From the NCBI GenBank assembly GCA_963801605.1, contig CAWDFP010000006.1:1632001-1696000 (forward strand): a stretch of 64,000 bases of DNA, given 5' to 3'. A model generated the notes under the pieces. That model searched no databases. It was not told the DNA's origin and saw nothing but the letters and a program-made list of their open reading frames with translations. Position numbers and translations under genes: made by a program. Positions within the stretch are counted from its first letter, which is position 1, and every line of letters starts with the position of its first letter. Below, piece by piece: positions 43,553-52,856 of the stretch. The stretch comes from an uncultured candidate division Zixibacteria bacterium (GTDB lineage: Bacteria; Zixibacteria; MSB-5A5; UBA10806).

Positions 43553-43996
43553 TATCTTTCATCCTCATACTTTTTGATTTTATCCAGACGTCTCTGGTGA
43601 CGTCCCCCGTCGAACGGCGTCGCCAGGAAGGTATCGACTATCTCTCCCAGGCATTCGAACGGCGTATATTTCGCGGCCAATACCAGGATATTGGCGTCAT
43701 TATGCGATCTCATCAGCTCAGCCATCTCCGGACTGAACGCCAATCCCGGCTCTGATTCCCTTGAACTTGTTGGCGGCAATCGCCATGCCGTTGCCCGTCC
43801 AGCAGATCAGTATGCCGAAATCGGCGATTTTGGCATTCACCTCTTCGGCTACGGCCTGGGCGTATTCAGGGTAATCGGTGCTGACTTCCGAAAAGGAGCC
43901 GTGATCGTTGATCTCAAAGCCCCGATGGAAAAGCATCGCCTTCACAAGTTCTTTGTAGGCGTACCCCTTATGATCTGCGCCTAATGCGATTTTCAT
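43552..43996 (-). CDS. rpiB: Ribose-5-phosphate isomerase B (frameshift near 43745)
   Basis: [24 protein letters not shown]; then HNDAN, F.GGRHQRR. Confidence 0.92.
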
Positions 43997-44922
43997 AACT
44001 TCTCATTCACGTAGGTTAGCCAGCCATACTTATTGGTTGGATCATCAAATATCGCAAAGAACGCTTTTTGCAGCTTCTTGGTGACCGGTCCGCATTTGCC
44101 CGCTCCAATCTGGATACCATCGATCTTGGCAATCGGCGTGATTTCCGCGGCCGAACCTGTGAAGAAAACTTCGTTGGCGATATATAGCGCCTCACGCGGA
44201 ATCTGCTCCTCGATAACCTTTAGCCCCATCTCCTCGGATAGCTTGAGTATAGTATTGCGAGTGATGCCGGGCAGAATCGACGAGCCAAACGGCGGGGTGA
44301 TGATAGCGCCATCACGTACAATGAAGATATTTTCGCCGGAGCCTTCGGAGACATGACCATAGATATCGAGAGCGATACCCTCGACATAGCCATGGGCCCG
44401 CGCCTCGAGCCTGATAAGCTGGCTGTTCATGTAGTTGGCCGAAGCCTTTGCCATAGCCGGCATTGTATTGGGGGCAATCCTCCGCCACGATGAGACGCCA
44501 ACCTCGACACCCTTTTCGAGCGCTTCCGGTCCGAGATATTTGCCCCACGGCCAAACCGCAATTGCAACGTCGACCGGCACCCCGGTGGGATCGACTCCAA
44601 GCTGCTCATACCCGCGATAAACCAGGGGACGGATATAGCAGGAATCCATTTTGTTAACTCTGATAAGATCTATAATAGCATTATTAATTTGATCTTTAGT
44701 AAAGGGCACTTCCATTCGATAAATCTTGCAGGAGTTGAACAGACGGTCGGTATGTTCCTGGAGACGGAATACCGCCGGACCCTTGGGTGTAGCATAGCAC
44801 CTGGCGCCCTCGAATAAACCTGATCCATAATGAATAACATGAGAAAGGATATGAATTTTAGCGTCATCCCAATTGATAAGCTTGCCGTTCATCCATATCT
44901 TGTCTGTCTTGGTAAAAGCCAT
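43993..44922 (-). CDS. ilvE: Branched-chain amino acid aminotransferase
   Basis: HYGSGLFEG, YIRP, SEGSGENIF, ILPGITR, FFTGSAAEITP. Confidence 0.95.
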   Translation of the reverse strand: MAFTKTDKIWMNGKLINWDDAKIHILSHVIHYGSGLFEGARCYATPKGPAVFRLQEHTDRLFNSCKIYRMEVPFTKDQINNAIIDLIRVNKMDSCYIRPLVYRGYEQLGVDPTGVPVDVAIAVWPWGKYLGPEALEKGVEVGVSSWRRIAPNTMPAMAKASANYMNSQLIRLEARAHGYVEGIALDIYGHVSEGSGENIFIVRDGAIITPPFGSSILPGITRNTILKLSEEMGLKVIEEQIPREALYIANEVFFTGSAAEITPIAKIDGIQIGAGKCGPVTKKLQKAFFAIFDDPTNKYGWLTYVNEKL

Positions 44923-45217
44923 ATTTCCTCCGATTATCGCCCCAAACCAAATTCAATTGACAAAGAGTGTGTAACAGAGCCTATTATATTAGTTAAGCAT
45001 ATAAAACACAACAGCATTTTGGGAATCGCGAGGTGGCGAAAAATTAGAGATTAAAACTTTTTAAATGAGAATTACGAAGATCTTAAAAAACGGTCTTTTA
45101 TCGATGGAATTAGAAAAATTGAGGCTAATATTCAGGATTAGGCATTGATTGTAACACATAGGGGCGCATTATAATACGCCCCTTCAAATTGAATGGCAAT
45201 CAGGTTGGCACAATTAA

Positions 45218-45559
45218 TCAGACAGTCGGTTTGCCGTAAGTGGCTTTTTTGTTTAGGTCAATTTGGACAATAAACCAAACCGCGGGGGAGAAGACTATCC
45301 AGAGCAGGAAGAGAATCCACATATTGAGCGAATCCGAGCTTACTTTCTGGTAAATTTCGGAATATTTGTAGATTGAATAGAAGTTTGCGAGAGGAATGAA
45401 TAGCAGCACCGTCCAAAGCGCCGGGCTGGCTGATTGATCTTTGGCGAGATATTTCATTTCAGTCGATGTGACATAAAACCAATAGATACCGTAAATGCCC
45501 AGCGTGATGATGAACAACCCTATCTGTCCCATCATATTTCGATATTTAACGCCTTCCAT
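45218..45559 (-). CDS. DUF4234-like membrane protein
   Basis: IITLGIYGIYWFY motif; GGAGG RBS. Confidence 0.8.
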   Translation of the reverse strand: MEGVKYRNMMGQIGLFIITLGIYGIYWFYVTSTEMKYLAKDQSASPALWTVLLFIPLANFYSIYKYSEIYQKVSSDSLNMWILFLLWIVFSPAVWFIVQIDLNKKATYGKPTV

Positions 45560-45705
45560 CAGTTCCTCCTTAGCTCGGATTAATCATTTTCATCAAAATC
45601 GATTCTATGAGCCACAGTATTGGTTTGCAAGCAGAAAATCAAAGGCTCGATTAGATATACCCGAATTGATAAGTATTATTCAAACGAGGATTTTCTTGAA
45701 GTTCT

Positions 45706-45820
45706 GTCATCGCGAGTCCATATGGACGTGGCGATCTGAATCTATGCATGAAATTAATCTTGTTAGAAGCATTCAGATTGCTTCGGTCTATTTCAATTGT
45801 GAAATAGCCCTCGCAATGAC
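45706..45820. repeat. 115-bp palindromic element (GTCATYGCGAG...CTCGCAATGAC, RPE/CIR-like)
   Basis: 11-bp terminal inverted repeat enclosing three internal stems (GTCCATATGGAC; GCGATCTGAAT/ATTCAGATTGC; CTATTTCA/TGAAATAG). Confidence 0.8.
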
Positions 45821-45885
45821 GAGGTAAGAGCGTTAATCAATACCCGTTTTGAAAAGTAATATTCAAATTAAGATTTCGGATTGTG

Positions 45886-47238
45886 TTAAGGCAAATAGCC
45901 AAAGACCAACAGCCGCGCTTCGTGCGCCAGGGGGGCATCTATGGCATAGATATAATTATTGGCAGCAACAATTTTTATAATAGCCGCCGTCGTATTAAGC
46001 TCTGCGACAAGAGTGGGATTGGAAATATCCTCAATATTAAATATCTTGAGGCCGTAAACTCTGTTTGTCATGCTGGAGGTGTAAAGCAAATCGCCGTTGA
46101 CGAATGGCGCGTAATAATTGCTGGCTGAATCCAGCGGGAAAGAATAAACCAGTTGAGGGTTAGAGGGAGACACCAGAGAGTAGACCTCTAGAGGCGAATA
46201 AATATATGAGACAAATAAAAATCGATAATCTGAATCGAATCCTTCGACATAAAACTCCTCCAGATTAATCGAATTTATGAATTCAAAGGAAATATTGTCA
46301 CGAATTTCAAACCAGCTGAGGCATTCCTGTTCAAAACCACATCCACCGATTGAATAAGCGTAATTGCCGCTGATTTCCAAAACTCCTGCGGAGTAATTGC
46401 TGGTATCAAGTGGAACTGGATTGGCCGGGTTGGAGATGTCGAGAGTGGTAATTCCCGCAGAACTTCCGAGGTATGCATAGTTATCTCTCAGTATAATCGA
46501 ATTAACCAATCCTGGGGCGTGGTAACCCGCTATACGAAATGGGCTCGACGGATTTGAAATATCAACGATTTCGAGGCCGTAAAGAGCCTCGGCCAGATAT
46601 GCCACATTATTTCTTATCACAATTTGGCTGATGAGGGAATCACCATTGCCATATTGCGAAAGCAGGAATGGCCGCGCAGGGTCGGCTAAGTCATAAACGA
46701 AAAGAGGCGAGCCTGGCATGGCAGCAAAGACATAATTACCTGTGACAGCCAGCGAGAACCAATTATTCGGATTGGAGGGAATATCAACCGTGCCTAACAA
46801 TTGAATTCCATTTACGCCTTTAGTCTTGAAACTCCATAGGGGGCTACTGGCGGTGTCGCCATGCACGTCACGAGCCCGCACCATCCAAAAATACGTGGTC
46901 TGATATTCCAGCCAGCCAGGACTGAATGACAGCTGCATTAAGCCGGAGTCAGCCAACGAGAGATCAGCAGGATGATCTCCGAAGAAGATATTAAACGTTA
47001 GACTGTCGCCGTCGGGATCAATGCATTGCCAGGACAGGATAACATTCGTCGCGATGTTTTGTGAATCATCGATGGGTGCCATGATCTGCGGTGTTTGAGG
47101 AGGATGATTAATGCTAACGGGAGACTTAGTGGGTTTCTCGGAACAGCCGAGGAAAGTTAAACCGACGCATATCATTAATTGAGCGATCATTAATGGTAAT
47201 TTGCCGTTGGAATGGCGGATGGTCGATTTGATTTTCAT
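45886..47238 (-). CDS. Lipoprotein with an FN3-like domain and LVIVD repeats
   Basis: FLGC lipobox, LSWQC.DPDGD.L.F, WSFKT, GLEIVDISNP repeats. Confidence 0.82.
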   Translation of the reverse strand: MKIKSTIRHSNGKLPLMIAQLMICVGLTFLGCSEKPTKSPVSINHPPQTPQIMAPIDDSQNIATNVILSWQCIDPDGDSLTFNIFFGDHPADLSLADSGLMQLSFSPGWLEYQTTYFWMVRARDVHGDTASSPLWSFKTKGVNGIQLLGTVDIPSNPNNWFSLAVTGNYVFAAMPGSPLFVYDLADPARPFLLSQYGNGDSLISQIVIRNNVAYLAEALYGLEIVDISNPSSPFRIAGYHAPGLVNSIILRDNYAYLGSSAGITTLDISNPANPVPLDTSNYSAGVLEISGNYAYSIGGCGFEQECLSWFEIRDNISFEFINSINLEEFYVEGFDSDYRFLFVSYIYSPLEVYSLVSPSNPQLVYSFPLDSASNYYAPFVNGDLLYTSSMTNRVYGLKIFNIEDISNPTLVAELNTTAAIIKIVAANNYIYAIDAPLAHEARLLVFGYLP

Positions 47239-47443
47239 AAACCTCTTCCGAAAAAGTAATATTTGAATATTAAAGCTCTCTTCTAACTAATTGGAGCAGG
47301 GACGAATTATTAAATATACATAATTAGTGGGATAATATTCCCAGTATTTTTCAAATCATGCGGAAAACGATGACATAAAAAAACGCGAGTTAGTCGAAAT
47401 TCGGATAAATAATAAGAATTATTTAAGGCGGGGTTTAAATAAA

Positions 47444-47471
47444 GTCAAGACCCTGAGGGGTCTTGACCTAC
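47444..47471 (-). repeat. GTAG-type REP-like hairpin
   Basis: Minus strand GTAG-GTCAAGACCC-CTCA-GGGTCTTGAC. Confidence 0.8.
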
Positions 47472-47512
47472 AATAGACTAATATGTCTGTGTTTTAAATT
47501 AAGAGGGTAAAA

Positions 47513-48907
47513 TTATTTGTGAATCCCAGGTTCGGTCATGGCGGCCAGATTGAGCACCTCATCGAGCTTGTGCGGCTCGATTAGTTTTTCCTCAAGGAGA
47601 ATTTCGCGTATGGTTTTGTTTTCGGCGTAAGAGCGCTTGACCACCTCGGCGGCTTTCATATATCCGATAATCGGATTCAGCGCCGTTACCACCACCGCTG
47701 ACGATTCCGCATAATACCTGCACTTTTGTGGATCAGCGCTAAGGTCTTCGATGCAAAATCGTGAGAAGGAGTCTATGGAGTTGGTTAGTATTGTCAAGGA
47801 ATCGGGAAGCTTGTATGCAATAAGCGGCATCATGACATTGAGCTCCAACTGCCCGGCCTGTGATGCCCAGAGAATCGCCTCATCATTTCCGAATACCGCA
47901 AAGCAAACCATGTTGAGCATCTCCGCCATAACCGGATTAACCTTACCAGGCATAATTGACGATCCTGGCTGCCGAGCGGGTAAGAGCAACTCAGCCAAAC
48001 CGGTTTTTGGCCCGGATGCCATCAACCGAAAATCATTGGCAAGGCGCGACAGGTCCTGCGCCAGATTGCGCAATGCAGACGACAGCTTCACAAACGGCGC
48101 CATCGATTGCATTGCCTCGAAATAGTTATGAGCCGGCTTAATATCGAATCCTGTTTGCCCGGCGAGAATTTTGGCGACATTAATACGATAATCAGGATGA
48201 CAATTCAGTCCCGTTCCTACCGCCGAACCGCCAAGGCCTATTTCCATAAGCTCCAAACTGGCCCTCCGAAGCCATTCCAGATGCCGTAGAATGGTCTGAG
48301 CATATCCCGAAAACTCCTGCCCCAGACGAATCGGAACCGCGTCCTGTAAATGCGTTCGCCCTGATTTGATTATTGAATCGAATTCCCCAGCTTTCGATGA
48401 CAGCGCAATCCGAAGCACCTCAAGCTTAAATATAAGTTCTCTGTTTAACTTCAAGCTGGCTATACGGATAGCAGTTGGTATAAAATCGTTGGTCGATTGT
48501 GACATATTGACTGTATCGTTGGGATTAATCGGTTTGTATTCGCCGAGTTTGCCGCCCAGAATCTCGTTGGCACGGTTGGCGATTACCTCGTTGCAGTTCA
48601 TATTATGCGATGTTCCGGCGCCTGCTTGAAAAATATCAACCACAAATTGGTCATGTAGTTTGCCTGCAATAATTTCGTCGCAGGCGGTGATGATTGCACC
48701 GGCCTGTTCGGACGGTATCAGCCCCAGATCGCGGTTGGTAATACAGGCGGCTTTCTTGATTTGTGCCGAGGCCCAGATGAACGCCGGATGAGCCTTGATT
48801 CCCGATATTGGAAAGTTTTCAATCGCCCGTTGTGTTTGAGCTCCCCAGTAAGCCTCGCGCGGTACCTGAACCTCACCCAGAGAGTCTTTTTCGATACGAT
48901 ATTCCAT
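47513..48907 (-). CDS. aspA: Aspartate ammonia-lyase / class II fumarase
   Basis: RIEKDSLGE, QAGAGTSHNMN, SQSTND, GRTHLQDA, GSSIMPGKVNPV; aspA and fumC cannot be separated by eye. Confidence 0.85.
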   Translation of the reverse strand: MEYRIEKDSLGEVQVPREAYWGAQTQRAIENFPISGIKAHPAFIWASAQIKKAACITNRDLGLIPSEQAGAIITACDEIIAGKLHDQFVVDIFQAGAGTSHNMNCNEVIANRANEILGGKLGEYKPINPNDTVNMSQSTNDFIPTAIRIASLKLNRELIFKLEVLRIALSSKAGEFDSIIKSGRTHLQDAVPIRLGQEFSGYAQTILRHLEWLRRASLELMEIGLGGSAVGTGLNCHPDYRINVAKILAGQTGFDIKPAHNYFEAMQSMAPFVKLSSALRNLAQDLSRLANDFRLMASGPKTGLAELLLPARQPGSSIMPGKVNPVMAEMLNMVCFAVFGNDEAILWASQAGQLELNVMMPLIAYKLPDSLTILTNSIDSFSRFCIEDLSADPQKCRYYAESSAVVVTALNPIIGYMKAAEVVKRSYAENKTIREILLEEKLIEPHKLDEVLNLAAMTEPGIHK

Positions 48908-49109
48908 AACGCCTCCGATAAATACCAACCTAAAATCACACTACCAACCCTCGAACTATAATATCGGCCCCAAACGTTCCGGTATTATTATAGGGGTAGC
49001 GTTTCGATGGAGTCGATTCTTTTTCCGCGTCGTGTCCGCCACCGTACTACAGACTTCCCATCTTTTCCAATGATTTCCTAATCAGTTTAGCATATAATAT
49101 CGTCATATC

Positions 49110-49135
49110 GTAGGTCAGGTCGCTTGCGTCCTGAC
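49110..49135 (+). repeat. GTAG-type REP-like hairpin
   Basis: GTAGGTCAGGTCGCTTGCGTCCTGAC; same family as 57741..57766. Confidence 0.75.
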
Positions 49136-49173
49136 TCTTTTAGCCAGTGATTTAGTAACCAAAGGAGGTTACT

Positions 49174-49722
49174 CTGCTCTCGCGTGACGATGCCCTGACC
49201 TGGGTGAAAAGCGAAATCCATGCGCCCAACCTTATCAAGCACATTCTGGCCGTGGAGGCCTCCTGCCGACGGTTAGCCGAGCATTTCGGCGAGGACCCCG
49301 AATTCTGGGGTATGGCCGGATTGCTTCATGATCTCGATTACGAACTGACAGTCAACGATCCCGCCAGGCATACCCGCCTGACCGCCGAATGGCTTCGCGA
49401 GAAACAGTTCGATGAGGGAATCATTCACGCGGTCATGGCCCATGCGGAAGCTGTCACGCCGGAATCGAAACTCGATTGGGCGATTTATTCTATCGATCCC
49501 ACCACCGGGCTGATAGTGGCTGCCGCCCTGATGCATCCATCCAAAAAGCTTGCCAACCTCGATGTGCCTTTTATCATGAAACGATACAAGGAAAAACGTT
49601 TCGCCGCGGGCGCCCGTCGGGAGGCGATAGCCGCCTGCTCCAATCTCGGTCTTACGCTCGAGGAGTTCATGGGGCTGGTGCTTGAAGGTATGCAAAGGAT
49701 CTCAAGTGAGCTTGGCCTCTAA
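49174..49722 (+). CDS. HD-domain phosphohydrolase (HDIG type)
   Basis: LIKH..AVE, GLLHDLDYE, K.FAAG..R; AAGGAGG RBS precedes an in-frame CTG at 49174. Confidence 0.88.
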   Translation: MLSRDDALTWVKSEIHAPNLIKHILAVEASCRRLAEHFGEDPEFWGMAGLLHDLDYELTVNDPARHTRLTAEWLREKQFDEGIIHAVMAHAEAVTPESKLDWAIYSIDPTTGLIVAAALMHPSKKLANLDVPFIMKRYKEKRFAAGARREAIAACSNLGLTLEEFMGLVLEGMQRISSELGL

Positions 49723-50047
49723 ATTAATCGCAATTGTAATAATTATTCTAATACTCGCGCCAATTTCGTTTGCCGGGGAGAAAGACCTCTGGTTTGCCCG
49801 CGATAAATACGAACATTTCGCCATATCGATGATTTACTCATCGGGAACAACTTTTATTGCGCATCGTCATTTTGAAATGAGCAAATCCAAAGCGCCTGTA
49901 GTCGGATTTGGATTTACTATCGCGCTTGGCGCCGCCAAAGAAGTTGGCGATTATACATCGCGCAAAGGTACCCCCAGCGGTAAAGATTTCATCTGGGATA
50001 TCGCAGGCGCTCTGGCTGGAGCGTTGGCGGTTGGCCTAAGTCAATGA
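49682..50047 (+). CDS. YfiM/DUF2279-like protein
   Basis: W...DK..HF, GAAKE..D, S.KDF.WD..G; start probably TTG at about 49712. Confidence 0.78.
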   Translation: MKVCKGSQVSLASKLIAIVIIILILAPISFAGEKDLWFARDKYEHFAISMIYSSGTTFIAHRHFEMSKSKAPVVGFGFTIALGAAKEVGDYTSRKGTPSGKDFIWDIAGALAGALAVGLSQ

Positions 50048-51279
50048 CATATTCCAAAAGCAAAATATTTACCTGGTCGTTATACGATTTCGCCAACACC
50101 ATCTTTTCAATGATGGTGGTGACTCTGAATTTCGGCCTGATGGTAAAAAACGTTTATCACGGCACCGAGCTGTCGCTGTCTCTTACAAGGTCAGCCTCGA
50201 TGATCCTGGTCGCGTTGTCTATGCCGATTGCCGGAGTGATCGCCGATAAATTCATGCGGCGGATGCCGCTCACGATCTTTTTTACAATCCTCTGCTGTGC
50301 AACCACCATGATGATCGGCAAAAGCGATTCTCTGATGCTGCAGCTTGTTCTGTTCGGGATTGCCATGTACTGCTACCAGGCGGCTCTGGTTTTCTATGAT
50401 GCTGTTCTACCGCAGATCAGCAGTCCGGAGAAAATGGGCCGGGTTTCCGGATACGGAGTGGCGCTGGGATATGTCGGAACGATTTTCGCGCTTCTGGTGG
50501 TGGGATCGTTAGCCGGCCCGAGAGCTTATTCGAAAACATTCACCTTAACCGGAATTCTATTCTTCCTTTTCGCGATTCCGTTTTTCCTGACAGTCAAAGA
50601 CGAGGCCGCCAAACCAATTAAGGGCCTCTGGAAAATGACGCTGGATTCAATCCGGAATATCAAGAATGTTTATATTGACGCTAAGGATCGTCCGGGAATT
50701 TTGCGTTTTTTTATCGGACGATTTTTTGTGGTCGATGCGCTGGAAACGATCATCTTTTTTATGGCGATATTTCTTAACGAAGCGGTCGGATTTACCGACA
50801 ACAAAGCCGTATTCGGAAACTTAAGCGAGATATATTTATATTTATTCGTGGTTACGATTTTTACCGTTATCGGATCGCTAGTGTGGGGATTTATCACCGA
50901 AAAATTCGGACCGCGCAATTCTCTTCTTGGCACCGTTATTCTTTGGGTGATGACTCTGACATTGATGCTCTTTATTTCGAACAAGTCGATCTTTTATATC
51001 CTCGGTTCGCTGGCGGGTATCTCCCTTGGAGGAGTTTGGACCACGGAACGTCCCTTGCTGATAAATCTCGTAGGAGATCATGAAAAGCTGGCCGGTTATT
51101 TTGGACTTTTCGCCTTGACTGGCAGAATGGCCGCGGTTATCGGACCAAATATCTGGAGCCTGACGTTGGTGATTTTCGGATCGCTGGGAATGATAAAATA
51201 TCGCTTTGCGATAGGCTCGGTGCTTGTTATGATGGTCGTAGGTTTGTGGATATTACGAAAGGTACCCGATGCCCGATGA
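50044..51279 (+). CDS. MFS transporter (UMF1/Atg22-like)
   Basis: WSLYDFANT, FYDAVLP, GRVSGYG.ALGY; about 12 TM helices. Confidence 0.9.
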   Translation: MTYSKSKIFTWSLYDFANTIFSMMVVTLNFGLMVKNVYHGTELSLSLTRSASMILVALSMPIAGVIADKFMRRMPLTIFFTILCCATTMMIGKSDSLMLQLVLFGIAMYCYQAALVFYDAVLPQISSPEKMGRVSGYGVALGYVGTIFALLVVGSLAGPRAYSKTFTLTGILFFLFAIPFFLTVKDEAAKPIKGLWKMTLDSIRNIKNVYIDAKDRPGILRFFIGRFFVVDALETIIFFMAIFLNEAVGFTDNKAVFGNLSEIYLYLFVVTIFTVIGSLVWGFITEKFGPRNSLLGTVILWVMTLTLMLFISNKSIFYILGSLAGISLGGVWTTERPLLINLVGDHEKLAGYFGLFALTGRMAAVIGPNIWSLTLVIFGSLGMIKYRFAIGSVLVMMVVGLWILRKVPDAR

Positions 51280-52318
51280 TTTAATATATGAGATCGAAGG
51301 AGTGATCCATATTCATTCCAACTACTCCGATGGCTCCAAAGATATCGGGGAGATCGCCAAAATCGGGGAATTGGCAGGACTGGATTTCCTGATGTTTTCC
51401 GATCACATGACCCTCAAACCATTGCGCGATGGCCTGGAACGGTTCCACGACAAGATTGCCGTTATAATCGGATATGAAATTGAAGACGCCAAAAACCAAA
51501 ACCATTATCTGGCGTTCGGATTAGAAAATGAACTTTCGCCTGAGCTTTCCGCCAGAGATTACGTAGCCGCAGTTAAGGCCGCCGGGGGACTTGGTATTAT
51601 TGCTCACCCCGATGAAGTCAGAAATGCCATTCCCGAATACCCCAGCTATCCCTGGACAGATTGGGAGACCGAGGAGTTTGACGGAATCGAGATTTGGAAC
51701 CACATGTCAGCCTGGATGGAACTGCTCAGACGACGGAATATGCTGAAATTAATCTTTACACCCAGGCGCGGCCTGATTGGACCAACGTCGCGAGTCCTTA
51801 AAAAATGGGATGAACTTTCTGCCGGGCGTCCCGTAGCCGGAATCGGCTCGGCGGACGTTCATGCTCATGCTTATCGCAAAGGCCCAATAAGATTAATCAT
51901 ATTTCCCTATAAGGTTCAGCTTCGATCTATCCGAACCCATCTCTTACTTTCATCGCCGCTTTCAGGCGATATAGCGATAGCCAAAACTCAGATTCTCGAT
52001 GCTATCAGAAATTGCCGGGCATTCGTTTCGAATTTTCGCTGGGGTGATGCCCGAGGATTCAGATTCTTCGCCCGCGACAAGCAGCGAAGTTATCAGATGG
52101 GGGAGAGGATACCGTTTGGCTCCGATCTTAAAATGATAATGAAGGCGCCAATGGAGGCCCAGATACGGATTATCAGAGACGGGCAGCTATATAATAGCTA
52201 TTTCCGTAATTCATTGGAGCTAAATATCGAATCTCCGGGACTCTACCGATTGGAACTGTATAAAGACAATCGTGGTTGGATATATTCGAATCATTTGAGA
52301 GTTTACCCAAAAGGATAA
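51269..52318 (+). CDS. PHP-domain metallohydrolase
   Basis: HIHSNYSDG, SDH, IAHP, IEIWN, SADVH. Confidence 0.88.
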   Translation: MPDDLIYEIEGVIHIHSNYSDGSKDIGEIAKIGELAGLDFLMFSDHMTLKPLRDGLERFHDKIAVIIGYEIEDAKNQNHYLAFGLENELSPELSARDYVAAVKAAGGLGIIAHPDEVRNAIPEYPSYPWTDWETEEFDGIEIWNHMSAWMELLRRRNMLKLIFTPRRGLIGPTSRVLKKWDELSAGRPVAGIGSADVHAHAYRKGPIRLIIFPYKVQLRSIRTHLLLSSPLSGDIAIAKTQILDAIRNCRAFVSNFRWGDARGFRFFARDKQRSYQMGERIPFGSDLKMIMKAPMEAQIRIIRDGQLYNSYFRNSLELNIESPGLYRLELYKDNRGWIYSNHLRVYPKG

Positions 52319-52382
52319 GGGTGAAACAATTACTCAGGTAGAGGGGGGCTAGAACTACCCAAGTTACGAGGTTTCACCCTTA
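52316..52382. repeat. 67-bp inverted-repeat element
   Basis: TAAGGGTGAAAC...GTTTCACCCTTA perfect 12-bp inverted repeat with an inner GGTAG/CTACC stem. Confidence 0.7.
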
Positions 52383-52561
52383 AGCCTATCGATAGATATT
52401 ATTTATTCCCAAAATTGTCAAGCTTTTATTCGGCAAAAAAATCGTATTTTTCGACAAATATCGGAAAATAAAAAAAATAATATATGAATTTAAATTGATA
52501 TAATCAGTGTAAACGATAAACGTGTTATGTATCACGCTATCAGGCGAATCAGAATCAAACG

Positions 52562-52762
52562 CTATAATAGAAAGTCGATTATATGACGCCGACAATCCCT
52601 GTTATGGCTGGCATCGGAAAGATTAGGAGTCAGCGTACTTTGGGACTTTATCAAAGCTTCCGCGATAATGGTCATCTGCGCGGACTGGCTTCGTTTTTGT
52701 TCTTTGGCCGCCCGATCGAGTTGTCTGAAACTTGTAAGGTCTCTGGTGCTTGGTATTTTCAT
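52562..52762 (-). CDS. Small hypothetical protein
   Basis: GGAGGG RBS 4 nt before the ATG; no recognisable motif. Confidence 0.45.
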   Translation of the reverse strand: MKIPSTRDLTSFRQLDRAAKEQKRSQSAQMTIIAEALIKSQSTLTPNLSDASHNRDCRRHIIDFLL

Positions 52763-52856
52763 TTATCCCTCCATAAAGTATATCGGCAGCATAAATCATC
52801 TACCTTAAGGGCTTTCTCAGGTTGACATAATCGTTGGATTGTTCGATATTTATTAT

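Noticed and set aside
52390..52560. AT-rich stretch as a replication origin
   Set aside because: No DnaA-box cluster or origin-associated genes seen.
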